This document shows positions 21,105 to 32,654 of a DNA stretch of 57,772 nucleotides, in pieces. How positions within the stretch are numbered: position 1 is the stretch's first letter; each line of letters opens with the position of its first letter. The notes below the pieces were generated by a model that was not told the origin of the DNA, did not search any database, and worked only from the letters and a program-made list of their open reading frames with translations. The DNA comes from a virus (taxonomy: Duplodnaviria; Caudoviricetes), in the IMG/VR virus record IMGVR_UViG_3300032315_000416, positions 1-57,772 of that record; one strand, given 5' to 3'. The translations under genes were made by a program, and so were the position numbers.

Positions 21105-22274
21105 TTAAGCATAAATATACACTATTGCTCCGCCTCCAGTTGCCGCACCAACGGCGGCAGCACTTCTTTTGCTTCCTCCTCCTGCACCGCCGCCACCTAA
21201 GCCGCCATTTCCTCCGATAGTGCTACCATATCCACCACCACCACCACCGCCACCCCATAAACCGCCATTTCCACCTGTTGCGCTATCTCCTCCTCCGCCG
21301 CCTCCAGCGCCACCAGTTCTGCCGCTTGATGTTGTACCAGAACCACCAGCCCCTCCGCCGCCATCGGCAGCAACTGTTGTTGCCCCTGGTGCGTTTCCAG
21401 CGCCAGTAAGAAATACAAGTAATGGGTCTGTAAATAATGTAAAATATGATCTTGCTATCCCTGGAGTTGAGCCGCTTCCTGCGCCGCCAGCTCCGCCTCC
21501 AGCGCTGCCAGCACTAGCTCCACCAGCCCCTCCGCCGCCGCCTCCAGCGCTAGCATAACCACCACCACCCCCAATTCCTGCTCCCCCACCTGCGTTTCTA
21601 TATCCCCCACCACCTCCTGTAAAACCATTTCCTAATGGACTTGCAGCAGAACCACCACCACCACCAGCAGTAGTACCTCTAGCTCCACCACTTCCACCAG
21701 TAAAATTGCCACCATTGGTAACTGATGCGTCTTTTGTGGCTGTTCCGCCAGTTGGCACAGAGCCAGTTTGAACCCCGTTTGATCCTGGGTTTGCAACTAA
21801 TAAATTTATTCCGCCGTAGGTAACTGTTGCAGTTCCAGAAGATATAGTAATCGTTACATTTTGACCAGGGGTAACAGCAAAATTACCAAATGCGCATCCG
21901 CCGCCACTTGCTCCACTACAACTTACATCGGTTCCAACTACAACTATTGCGTCCCCGCCTTTTCCAAAAGCATAAGCACGGACAGTAGTAACACCCGTTG
22001 GAACGGTGTAAGTTCCAGATGATGTAAATTGTGTCCATATTTTTTGGGTTGTAGTTGCTGCTGGCGGTGCGGCGCTTGTCCAAGTTGTGCCGTTGGATGT
22101 AAGCAAATTACCTGTTGTGCCAGGGGCTACAGCTTGAACAGCAGATGTTCCGTTACCAAGAAGTACGTTATTTGCAGTAAGTGTAGCGGATCCAGTGCCG
22201 CCTTTAGTGACGCCCAATATACCGGTGTTAGAAACGCCGGGGGCTAGTTTGGATAGGTCGCGTGGAATTGTCAT
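21105..22274 (-). CDS. Glycine-rich fibre/adhesin
   Basis: FTSSGTYTVPTGVT followed by polyglycine GGGGG repeats; N-terminal GGTG...LLGNGTS fibre motif. Confidence 0.75.
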   Translation of the reverse strand: MTIPRDLSKLAPGVSNTGILGVTKGGTGSATLTANNVLLGNGTSAVQAVAPGTTGNLLTSNGTTWTSAAPPAATTTQKIWTQFTSSGTYTVPTGVTTVRAYAFGKGGDAIVVVGTDVSCSGASGGGCAFGNFAVTPGQNVTITISSGTATVTYGGINLLVANPGSNGVQTGSVPTGGTATKDASVTNGGNFTGGSGGARGTTAGGGGGSAASPLGNGFTGGGGGYRNAGGGAGIGGGGGYASAGGGGGGAGGASAGSAGGGAGGAGSGSTPGIARSYFTLFTDPLLVFLTGAGNAPGATTVAADGGGGAGGSGTTSSGRTGGAGGGGGGDSATGGNGGLWGGGGGGGGYGSTIGGNGGLGGGGAGGGSKRSAAAVGAATGGGAIVYIYA

Positions 22275-22286
22275 GCTGTTTCCTTA

Positions 22287-23126
22287 TTATTTTTCTAATC
22301 CCAGTTCTTTGCGTATTTTGGTAGCAGAGATAGCGTGGGTTGTGTCGTCAAATGTTTCTTGCTCTATTTTGTAGCCAACATCGCGCCCGTAGGTGATATT
22401 GACAATATTCGGTACTACCTGTATTTCATACTGCCCTTGAAACAGTGGATCTAGGTCACGCTTGATGTAACTCTTCACTTGCTCAATGGCAAATGGGTTT
22501 GATCCCTGCCAACCTTGGCAGTCGCGGATCTGAATCACCACTTGCCCCGTTTTGGCTATAGCACGTTCAAAGAGCGCTCTATGCCCAGCGTGCCAAGGTT
22601 GCCATCTACCTAGCATCTGAACCGTTTCTGTCTGCCAGTTAAACACCGGACGCCTGCGGTTCTCAATAATGTGATTGCCAATAAACTCGGCCCACTTCTC
22701 GCAGTTCTGCTCCGTCACCCGGAAGTCATACACCTCTGGCTGCACGAACGCCTTGTTCGTATCTTCAAAGCGACCAGCATCAATCGTATCCATCCAGATT
22801 GTCCAGTCCGCTTTGAAGTTATTACGCATCTCGACCAAAGGAGCAACAAAGTCGCAAATTACATAATCGCCGCCAGCAGACAGGGCAAACTCAGCCATCC
22901 TTAACGATTGACGGATACGACCTTCTTTAGAGAAGTCCCAATCGTTGTACTTCTTACGCACTTCATCGGCATTGAACCAAGTTACTTGGCAATTCAAATC
23001 GCCCATGTACTGGTTCAAAGCACGACCGTATGACATCTCGCCATGCTCTTCTAGATAGGCTTTTAGGGCCTGTGCTAGGTACGTCTTGCCTGAGCCGGGT
23101 AGGCCCATGATTAGTATCTTTTTCAT
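22287..23126 (-). CDS. APS kinase (CysC-like) fused to an HxGH nucleotidyltransferase domain
   Basis: P-loop GLPGSGKT and NADEVR...FSKEGRIRQ; C-terminal GRWQPWHAGH and ISATKIR. Confidence 0.8.
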   Translation of the reverse strand: MKKILIMGLPGSGKTYLAQALKAYLEEHGEMSYGRALNQYMGDLNCQVTWFNADEVRKKYNDWDFSKEGRIRQSLRMAEFALSAGGDYVICDFVAPLVEMRNNFKADWTIWMDTIDAGRFEDTNKAFVQPEVYDFRVTEQNCEKWAEFIGNHIIENRRRPVFNWQTETVQMLGRWQPWHAGHRALFERAIAKTGQVVIQIRDCQGWQGSNPFAIEQVKSYIKRDLDPLFQGQYEIQVVPNIVNITYGRDVGYKIEQETFDDTTHAISATKIRKELGLEK

Positions 23127-23674
23127 GATTTAATTGCCCTTGCGTAGATGTGGAGTTGATAACATGCGTTATTATACCTGCTCATTTCCCGATCCACAAC
23201 ATCCCTAGGTTGTCCTTGCATACCCCGTTGGAACCAAGGTGATAAATCATAATGCACACCCTCCACCTCAATGTCAATCCCAAGCTGTAAACCTAATGTC
23301 GTTTCCTGACCGTTTTCCTCAATCGTTTGCCGATTTTTCTTCTGGCTAAACATGTTAATACCTACCGGCGTCACCTTGCGCACATGGGTGGGATCATGGT
23401 GAAAGTTCTCATGATTCCAATGTGGCACGGTGATTTTTAGCTCGCCGTTGGGTTTAAGAATTCGGTACAGTTCTTTCCATATTGAAAAGTACGTGTTTAC
23501 ATCCTGACCAAGGTGCTCCAATACATGGAACATAATGATCTCGTCAACAGAACTGTCCTCAAACGGTAGCGGCTTTTCTAAATCCGCAACGATATCAGGG
23601 TTACAGTTTGGGTCATGGTCCACATTGACGTACCCGGGAAATTTATTGTAGCCGCAGCCTAAGTTTAGTTTCAT
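23123..23674 (-). CDS. Class I SAM-dependent methyltransferase
   Basis: LNLGCG, LPFEDSSVDEI..FHVLEH and RILKPNG motifs. Confidence 0.9.
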   Translation of the reverse strand: MKLNLGCGYNKFPGYVNVDHDPNCNPDIVADLEKPLPFEDSSVDEIIMFHVLEHLGQDVNTYFSIWKELYRILKPNGELKITVPHWNHENFHHDPTHVRKVTPVGINMFSQKKNRQTIEENGQETTLGLQLGIDIEVEGVHYDLSPWFQRGMQGQPRDVVDREMSRYNNACYQLHIYARAIKS

Positions 23675-23693
23675 GCAGCCAGTATACTATAAA

Positions 23694-24140
23694 TTAAACG
23701 CCGTTGGCAATCTGGTTGTTATCCAGTTCTTGCTGAATGATGTTTAACTGTTCTTGGGTAGTTGCCACATCAATCTGTGCCTTGATGGTTTCGTAGCGAG
23801 TTTGCGCTGCAGCAACAATCGCTGGATCGTAGTGGTCGGCTGGGTTGCTGTTGGTTTCTAAGGCAACTTGACCTGCTACAACCGCATCAAACTGCTGGGC
23901 TGCTTGGCTGTACTTACCGCCTTTTTGCTCGTCAATTGTGAAGTCAAACAGTGTCCAAGTAATTTCTACTGGGTCTAGATCGCAATGATAGACTGGGCCA
24001 TTAAGTCCTTGCTGATACGGGATCGGCGTTGGCTTGATCTCAACTGCGTTTTTCCAGCCGTTTGTACCGACTGGTGAGGGTGGCGTAGTGTCGATGCACT
24101 GAGCCATTTGGTTGTTTACTACTTGTACGTATAATGCCAT
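23694..24140 (-). CDS. Hypothetical protein (possible fibre chaperone)
   Basis: 148 aa ORF with an AGGAG RBS, in the fibre region. Confidence 0.6.
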   Translation of the reverse strand: MALYVQVVNNQMAQCIDTTPPSPVGTNGWKNAVEIKPTPIPYQQGLNGPVYHCDLDPVEITWTLFDFTIDEQKGGKYSQAAQQFDAVVAGQVALETNSNPADHYDPAIVAAAQTRYETIKAQIDVATTQEQLNIIQQELDNNQIANGV

Positions 24141-24156
24141 TTTAATGCTCCTTTTA

Positions 24157-25308
24157 TTAAGTTGATGCTATTGCTAAAACAGAATTACCTGAAAATCCCT
24201 TTCCAACAGTTATCCATGAGGTCAAAGACCCAACTTGTTTAGGTGACGAATACCTAGTTCTGTTTCCTAAACCTAAATTGCCAAATCCGTTAGTACCCCA
24301 AGACCACAAAGTTCCGTCTGTTTTATTTCCAAAACAGGATCGATAACAAGCAGTTACTTGAATCCAATTGGTCAAAGATCCAACCTGTTTAGGGGAGGAG
24401 TAGTATGTTCTATTTCCAAGACCTAATTGTCCAAAAAGATTTGCTCCCCAAGACCATAAAGTATTATTATTTTTTACAGCACAAGCAAAATCTTCCCCAG
24501 CCATTATTTGCGTCCAATCAGTTAAAGAGCCGACCTGTACGGGAGAAGAATAATTTGTTCTATTTCCTAAACCTAACTCACCAAGAGAATTTTGACCCCA
24601 AGACCATATAGTTCCGTCTGTTTTAATTGCAAATGTAGAAAATTTATTAGAAACTATTTGTGACCAAGTAGTTAAAGCACCCACCTGCTTAGGGGAAGAA
24701 TAATAGGTTCTGTTATTAAGACCTAATTGTCCAACATTATTTTGCCCCCAAGCCCATAAAGTTCCATCGGTTTTTATTGCTTTTGTGTTTCCTCTACCGC
24801 AAGAAACTTGTGACCAACCGGTTAAAGAACCAACTTGTTTGGGGGATGAATAATTTGTAGTGTTTCCAAGACCTAAAGCGCCTTGAGTATTTGTTCCCCA
24901 TCCCCAAAGTGTACCGTCTGTTTTTATAGCCATAGTATGATAAACAGACGAAATATTTAACCAGTTAGTAAGAGATCCTACCTGCTTAGGGGATGAGTAA
25001 TAGGTTAGGTTATTTAAACCTAATTGACCGGAATCATTTTTCCCACATGCCCACAATGTCCCATCGGTTTTTGTAGCAAGAAAAACATCAGTTCCACTGG
25101 TAATATTTTGCCAATTTGCAAATGATCCAACCTGTTTAGGAGATGAATAATAAGTGGTGTTGCCAAGTCCTAATTGACCTTGATTATTTCTGCCCCAGCT
25201 ATATAGGTATCTTAAAGGCACAGGCCAAGTTCCAGCTCCCTTAGCTGCGCTTGCTGCGCTTAGCTTCCAGATGCCGCCGTATTGGGTATATGGGTAGACT
25301 ATTGGCAT
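24157..25308 (-). CDS. RCC1/BLIP-II repeat beta-propeller protein (type B, copy 1)
   Basis: About 7 repeats of KTDGTLWSWG.N..GQLGLGN.T.YSSPKQVGSLTNW; probable start MPIVYP. Confidence 0.9.
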   Translation of the reverse strand: MPIVYPYTQYGGIWKLSAASAAKGAGTWPVPLRYLYSWGRNNQGQLGLGNTTYYSSPKQVGSFANWQNITSGTDVFLATKTDGTLWACGKNDSGQLGLNNLTYYSSPKQVGSLTNWLNISSVYHTMAIKTDGTLWGWGTNTQGALGLGNTTNYSSPKQVGSLTGWSQVSCGRGNTKAIKTDGTLWAWGQNNVGQLGLNNRTYYSSPKQVGALTTWSQIVSNKFSTFAIKTDGTIWSWGQNSLGELGLGNRTNYSSPVQVGSLTDWTQIMAGEDFACAVKNNNTLWSWGANLFGQLGLGNRTYYSSPKQVGSLTNWIQVTACYRSCFGNKTDGTLWSWGTNGFGNLGLGNRTRYSSPKQVGSLTSWITVGKGFSGNSVLAIAST

Positions 25309-25309
25309 A

Positions 25310-26434
25310 TTATAAATTTGTTCCAAAAGAAAAAGTCATACCAGTTCCCACTACAGACCATGGAGCCAGACCACCTACTTGGTTTGGTGAGGAACTGTTG
25401 ATTGTAGAACCAAGACCTAGTTGCCCTTGAGCATTACTTCCCCATGTCCATAAAGTGCTATCGGTTTTAATTGCCACGCAATGATTTGATCCGACAGCAA
25501 TATTTGACCAGTTAGTTAAAGCGCCAATTTGTACTGGAGATGATCTGTTTGTTGTGTCTCCTAAACCTAATTGACCTTGATTGTTTTGCCCCCAAGCCCA
25601 TAAAGTTCCGTCTGTTTTTATTGCCGCAGTAAAATAAAAACCACCTGCTGCCCTTAGCCAATTTGTTAAAACTCCGACTTGTTTTGGGGAAGAATACCTA
25701 GTTGTATTTCCCAATCCTAATTTACCTGCAGTATTGTCACCCCACACCCACAAAGACCCATCTGTTTTAACAGCTAAACAATTTTGATACCCAGCGCTAA
25801 TAGCCAACCAATTTGTCAACGAACCAACTTGTTTAGGGGAGGAATAGCTAGTTGTATTTCCTAGACCTAAATTACCATAAAAATTATAACCACAAGCATA
25901 TAATTGACCTGTGGTTGTAATTGCCGCCATGAATGTTGAATTAACAGCAACAGTTGACCAATTATTTAGTAAACCAACCTGTACTGGTGAAGATCTGTCT
26001 GTAGTATCTCCAAGACCCAATTGACCGTTAAAATTTCCACCCCAAGTCCATAAGGTTCCGTCTGTTCTAATAGCTGCACAAAAACCACCTCTTGAAGCAA
26101 CAGATGACCAAGTTGTCAAAGACCCAACCTGCTTAGGTGATGAATAGGATGTGTTATTACCAAGCCCTAGTACTCCAGAGCTACCAGACCCCCAACACCA
26201 AAGAGTACCATCTGTTTTAATTGCAGCAGTATTGTAATACCCTCCAGCAATTTTTAACCAATTAGTTAAAGAACCAACTTGCGCTGGGGATGATTTTCCT
26301 ACACGGTCATTTAAACCTAGTTGACCTTGAGTATTAGCCCCCCAACCGTATAAATAGTAAGTATTAGTGCCAGTGGGTGCAACCAAGGTGTTTAGCCCTG
26401 GTTTAATCATGGCGTTGGCATACCGATAGCTCAT
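25310..26434 (-). CDS. RCC1/BLIP-II repeat beta-propeller protein (type A, copy 1)
   Basis: Same repeats; N-terminus MSYRY. Confidence 0.9.
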   Translation of the reverse strand: MSYRYANAMIKPGLNTLVAPTGTNTYYLYGWGANTQGQLGLNDRVGKSSPAQVGSLTNWLKIAGGYYNTAAIKTDGTLWCWGSGSSGVLGLGNNTSYSSPKQVGSLTTWSSVASRGGFCAAIRTDGTLWTWGGNFNGQLGLGDTTDRSSPVQVGLLNNWSTVAVNSTFMAAITTTGQLYACGYNFYGNLGLGNTTSYSSPKQVGSLTNWLAISAGYQNCLAVKTDGSLWVWGDNTAGKLGLGNTTRYSSPKQVGVLTNWLRAAGGFYFTAAIKTDGTLWAWGQNNQGQLGLGDTTNRSSPVQIGALTNWSNIAVGSNHCVAIKTDSTLWTWGSNAQGQLGLGSTINSSSPNQVGGLAPWSVVGTGMTFSFGTNL

Positions 26435-28206
26435 TAACTTACCATTCTTATTTGTGGCTGTTCAGCGTGGAGTTTCATTTTAATTCTCTCAAATGGGGCT
26501 ATCCAGTCGCCAAATGTTTCTTGGCGGAACAGCGTCATGCAATCATAATACGGGCATTTTTCACCATCCAGAGCATACAAGTAGTAACCCATAACAGGGA
26601 TAACTACCCAAGTCTCAACGCCCATTGCCGCCGCTAAATGACTGACGGAGGTACACGAACTGATAACTAAATCACAGCTTGCTGCCGCATTTTGCGTATC
26701 TTGCCAGCTATCTAATGGTACTCGTTTTACCCAAGGCGGGCAAGCATCTGCACCCTCATCACGCTGCAATGAGATGAACTCATAGTCCGCACCTTGCACT
26801 GCATCAAACAGCATCTGATACGGAAACTTCTTATTATGGTCATCTTCAAACTTACTGTTACCTTGCCAACGTAAACCAATGCGTTTTTTACGTCCTTTGA
26901 TGACATTTGGCTTAGGGATGTATGGAGTGCCAGATAGGTCTGACATCTCGTATCCAAGGTAGTTTGGGGCCACCATCGCAAACGCCCAGAAGTCGTGGTA
27001 AATGCCGTACTCAGCGCCGTGCTGGATAACCGCAGAGACACCTTCAACTTGCGAGAAGAGCTGTGCCAATGGGCCAGAACAGCAAACAATCACCTTGTTA
27101 CCACGCGCAACTAAGTCTTTAGCGTAACGCACCTGGTGGATCTGATCGCCTAATCCGTGGTCACAATATAGCAAGATAGTGCCTTTAGAACGTCCGTCCC
27201 ACTCTGGCATCGGGGTATCAGGGTGGCGCTCACCAATAATCCCGCAGAATCGACCACGATCCATTTCTTTGTAACCTTCACGAACTTTACCCTGTTTGAG
27301 TAAGTACCATGAGCGGTTGTACGCAGCACGGTGATCGGTTGGGCGCTCTTTGTTTAACTTCTCGGCTAATCTCCAGCCTTCTACAAAGTCGCCCATCTTA
27401 CCTGCGGCTAACTGTAAATCCAAGTCATCCAAGTTAGGGATGGTGCGCTTGTTGTCGTTCCAGAACTCAGGCTGGCAGAACTGGTTATAGTGGTGCTTTA
27501 ATAAGTCATGCGAGTCATCGTTGTGCTGTTTCTTTAATTCTGGTTTGATGTCGTGCATACCAGCATAGCCATGTAAATTCTCGTCGTCTTCTTTGACTGA
27601 GCTGCCGTCAATGTTAGACAGATCGTACTCAAACGGGGCCAGACCTAAGAACTCGTGAATGCGGTCAAGTTCGGTTTTTGGGTTGGCTAATAGGTTATCG
27701 TACTCCACAAACAAGAAGCACTCTGGCATGGCTTCATAGCCTTGCTGCAATGAAATATAGGCTGCCTTTAAATGGTCGGCAAGCTGACCAGAATACATAA
27801 ACTCATCTAAATTCTCAGGCTTGGCAACCCGTACAAAGGAAGCCATACAGTCTGGCACTGGGCGCACGGTAGCAATAATCTTAGGAGCATGTCCGAGTAC
27901 CTGAGTCATAGCACCCATAATGATCGGAATGGGCCAACCACGCCCTTTATCAATCACCACTGGCTTATCGGTATCTTCATAGAACGCATCAATCATGCCG
28001 CGCATGGTCTGCGCTAGTTTCTTACGGTCTGGATCGTTCTCATTCAAAAGACCAGCAGAGTGCCAGGTGTTAGCCAAGCCATCTAAAGCGTGAACTAAAC
28101 CAGATGTTGTAGAGACATGCGTCTCTGGGTTCTGATTAAGGATTGCCGCTAAGACTGTAGAGCCAGAGCGAGGAATACCTGATAAGAAATGCAATGTTTT
28201 TTTCAA
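26434..28206 (-). CDS. Sulfotransferase + TPR + GT-B (GT9-like) glycosyltransferase fusion
   Basis: SGIPRSGSTVL at the N-terminus; DHGLGDQI and CDLVIS.CTSVSHLAAAMG at the C-terminus. Confidence 0.85.
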   Translation of the reverse strand: MKKTLHFLSGIPRSGSTVLAAILNQNPETHVSTTSGLVHALDGLANTWHSAGLLNENDPDRKKLAQTMRGMIDAFYEDTDKPVVIDKGRGWPIPIIMGAMTQVLGHAPKIIATVRPVPDCMASFVRVAKPENLDEFMYSGQLADHLKAAYISLQQGYEAMPECFLFVEYDNLLANPKTELDRIHEFLGLAPFEYDLSNIDGSSVKEDDENLHGYAGMHDIKPELKKQHNDDSHDLLKHHYNQFCQPEFWNDNKRTIPNLDDLDLQLAAGKMGDFVEGWRLAEKLNKERPTDHRAAYNRSWYLLKQGKVREGYKEMDRGRFCGIIGERHPDTPMPEWDGRSKGTILLYCDHGLGDQIHQVRYAKDLVARGNKVIVCCSGPLAQLFSQVEGVSAVIQHGAEYGIYHDFWAFAMVAPNYLGYEMSDLSGTPYIPKPNVIKGRKKRIGLRWQGNSKFEDDHNKKFPYQMLFDAVQGADYEFISLQRDEGADACPPWVKRVPLDSWQDTQNAAASCDLVISSCTSVSHLAAAMGVETWVVIPVMGYYLYALDGEKCPYYDCMTLFRQETFGDWIAPFERIKMKLHAEQPQIRMVS

Positions 28207-28219
28207 AACGTTATGTCCT

Positions 28220-29395
28220 TTATGGTGTTATTTTTGCTATGCCTATAGCAGAATCTCTATTTCCTGCAATATTATCCCAAGTTGTTAGCGAACCAACTTG
28301 CACAGGGGAACTGTAGTTTGTTGTATTTCCTAAACCAATCTGTCCATTCGCTCCAGATCCCCAGCCCCATAAAGTGCCGTCAGTTTTGATGGCAAATAAA
28401 CCACTTAAACGAACAGCAATTTTAGACCAATTGGTTAAACTGCCGACTTGTTTGGGGGATGAATAAGACGTTGTGTTTCCAAGACCTAATTGTCCAGAGG
28501 TATTAGCTCCCCATGTCCAGATTGTTCCATCGGATTTAAGTGCAAATGAAAAACTTCCGTGTGCTGCAACATTAGCCCAATTAGTTAGTGACCCCACTTG
28601 TTTGGGGGATGAATAGTTGGTTATATTTCCAAGGCCTAATTGACCGGCTTGATTTCTTCCCCAAGACCATAGTGTGCCGTCTGTTTTTACAGAAATTGTA
28701 TGAAAGCCGCCATTAGCAACTTTGCTCCAGTTTGTAAGAGAACCGATTTGCACAGGTGAATTTACATCAGTAGATCCACCATTACCAATACCCCCAAAAA
28801 GATTTCTGCCCCAAGCCCACAAAGATCCGTCTGTTTTTATTGTGGAGCAGGAATCTAAAACGCAAGAAATATACGCCCAATTTGTTAACGAACCAACTTG
28901 TTTAGGAGAGGAATAAGATGTTGTATTACCAAGACCTAATTGACTATCACTTCCACCACCCCATGTCCAAATAGTGCCGTCTGTTTTAAGTGATAGGCAA
29001 CTAATGCCTCCGCACTGTATTTTTGACCAATTTGTAAGAGAGCCAACTTGTTTTGGTGATGAGTAGTTAGTTAAGTTTCCAAGACCAAGTTGTCCATAAC
29101 TTACATTATTTTGACCCCAGGTCCATAATGTGCCGTCTGTTTTAATAGCGCCAGAAAAATATGAATACCCAGCGGAAACTTCAAGCCAAGTTGTTAAATT
29201 ACCAATTTGTGTTGGTGACGACTTTGATACAGTTGTGCTATCACCAATGCGGCCGTCAGTACCGATTCCCCAAGTGTATAAATAAGGCACAGGAGGGGGT
29301 GGTGGCACAGGCCACTTATTCTGCGCCCGAGCATCAGCAGCTTGGTCTGTTGTCCAGATGCCGCCGTATCTAATGTAGGGAAAAGTTATTGGCAT
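28220..29395 (-). CDS. RCC1/BLIP-II repeat beta-propeller protein (type B, copy 2)
   Basis: RCC1 repeats; probable start MPITFP. Confidence 0.9.
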   Translation of the reverse strand: MPITFPYIRYGGIWTTDQAADARAQNKWPVPPPPPVPYLYTWGIGTDGRIGDSTTVSKSSPTQIGNLTTWLEVSAGYSYFSGAIKTDGTLWTWGQNNVSYGQLGLGNLTNYSSPKQVGSLTNWSKIQCGGISCLSLKTDGTIWTWGGGSDSQLGLGNTTSYSSPKQVGSLTNWAYISCVLDSCSTIKTDGSLWAWGRNLFGGIGNGGSTDVNSPVQIGSLTNWSKVANGGFHTISVKTDGTLWSWGRNQAGQLGLGNITNYSSPKQVGSLTNWANVAAHGSFSFALKSDGTIWTWGANTSGQLGLGNTTSYSSPKQVGSLTNWSKIAVRLSGLFAIKTDGTLWGWGSGANGQIGLGNTTNYSSPVQVGSLTTWDNIAGNRDSAIGIAKITP

Positions 29396-29396
29396 A

Positions 29397-30545
29397 TTAT
29401 AAGGATAGTGCCATTGACACATATCCGCCGTTTATTTTATCTGGTAGCGCACCCCAGGTGGTTAATGCACCAACTTGTTTTGGAGAGGAGATTCCGGTGT
29501 ATGAGCCAACATTGTCCAAATAGCCTAGTTCACCGAACCTATTTCTACCCCAAGACCAGAGAGTACCATCGGTTTTTGTTGCATAACCATAATAGCCTCC
29601 GCCGGCAACATCTAACCAATTTGTAAGCGCACCAATCTGATTTGGAGAAGATCTGTTAGTAGTGTTTCCGAGACCTAGTTGCCCATAATTATTATATCCC
29701 CAAGACCATAGTGTGCCATCTGTTTTAATAGCAAATACAACTCTTACAGCATTACCTTTTGCTTTTGACCAGTTGGTTAAAGATCCTACTTGTTTTGGTG
29801 ATGAATAATATGTTGTGTTACCTAAGCCTAATTCGCCAAAGCCATTTTGCCCCCAACCCCACAGTGTGCCGTCAGTTTTAACTGCAATAGCAGAGTTTTG
29901 ACTGCCATTTATGTTTGCCCAATTAGTTAGAACTCCAACTTGTTTTGGTGATGAGTATTCTGTTCTGTTGCCTAAGCCTAATTGACCATCACCATTTCGC
30001 CCCCAAGACCATAGAGTACCGTTAGTTTTAACTGCAAAACTACTGTAACCCCCGCAACCAACTTGTAACCAATCTGTTAGTGAACCAACTTGTTTTGGTG
30101 AAGAATAATATGTTAAATTGTTAAGTCCTAGTTGACCGCTATTGTTATTTCCCCATGTCCAAAGTGTGCCGTCAGTTTTTGTTGCAACAGTATGATACCT
30201 AATTGCTATGTTCAACCAATTAGTTAAGGATCCGACTTGTTTTGGGGATGAGTAGTTTGTTCTGTTGCCTAAACCTAATTGCCCACGATTATTAGAACCC
30301 CAAGTCCATAAAGTTCCGTCACTTTTAATAGCTGCACACTGTGTGTCCCCAGTTGAAATTTTTGCCCAATTTGTCAACGATCCAACCTGTTTGGGGGAAG
30401 AATAATTAGTCCTATTTCCTAAACCCAATTGACCACTTGAATTTAATCCCCAAGAATACAAATAATATTGAAAAATGGGTGAGGGGGCGTTAAGCGGATC
30501 AAATGCTCCGTTTTGTAGCCAAGCTCCTGTGTAACGCAGGGACAT
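29397..30545 (-). CDS. RCC1/BLIP-II repeat beta-propeller protein (type A, copy 2)
   Basis: RCC1 repeats; probable start MSLRY. Confidence 0.9.
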   Translation of the reverse strand: MSLRYTGAWLQNGAFDPLNAPSPIFQYYLYSWGLNSSGQLGLGNRTNYSSPKQVGSLTNWAKISTGDTQCAAIKSDGTLWTWGSNNRGQLGLGNRTNYSSPKQVGSLTNWLNIAIRYHTVATKTDGTLWTWGNNNSGQLGLNNLTYYSSPKQVGSLTDWLQVGCGGYSSFAVKTNGTLWSWGRNGDGQLGLGNRTEYSSPKQVGVLTNWANINGSQNSAIAVKTDGTLWGWGQNGFGELGLGNTTYYSSPKQVGSLTNWSKAKGNAVRVVFAIKTDGTLWSWGYNNYGQLGLGNTTNRSSPNQIGALTNWLDVAGGGYYGYATKTDGTLWSWGRNRFGELGYLDNVGSYTGISSPKQVGALTTWGALPDKINGGYVSMALSL

Positions 30546-30546
30546 C

Positions 30547-30951
30547 TTAGGTGATCGCTTCAAATATTGCTGTATAGGTCAAGGCGTTTGCTGTGCCTGA
30601 CTGTACCGCAAGTGATTGGTTCTCCGTGATGTAGAGGTCTGTAGTCTTATCAACTACGATCAAAGATGCATTGGCTGGTACTGAAATCTGATACGCCAGG
30701 TACGAGATTATGGTAGCCGAGCCAAAGGTTGCATTGTTACCAACCGCTACGGTTGCTGCGGCGGCAGAAGCTGTCGTATTAGACACGATCAAGCCAGTAA
30801 TCTTATGTACCGTGTTAGCGGCTGGGTTAAGACCAGCATCTGCGGTAGTACCGTCAAATGTCCAGCTAGTCGTTACGCCTGTAGTAGACGGAACAACATA
30901 CGCTGTCTGTCCTCTAATTGTGGTTAGTGCTGCAATATTTGGGTTTGCCAT
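30547..30951 (-). CDS. Small beta-rich structural protein (fibre-associated)
   Basis: MANPNI...ISVPANASL....YI.E pattern; directly follows the collagen fibre gene. Confidence 0.7.
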   Translation of the reverse strand: MANPNIAALTTIRGQTAYVVPSTTGVTTSWTFDGTTADAGLNPAANTVHKITGLIVSNTTASAAAATVAVGNNATFGSATIISYLAYQISVPANASLIVVDKTTDLYITENQSLAVQSGTANALTYTAIFEAIT

Positions 30952-30952
30952 T

Positions 30953-32641
<1,689 letters not shown>

Positions 32642-32654
32642 GGTGCTCTCTTTA

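Noticed and set aside
21169-21558. Proline-rich plus-strand ORF
   Set aside because: It is the antisense shadow of the polyglycine adhesin.
24157-30545. Diversity-generating retroelement acting on the RCC1 genes
   Set aside because: No reverse transcriptase is in the window, and no template/variable repeat pair with adenine-specific differences was evident.
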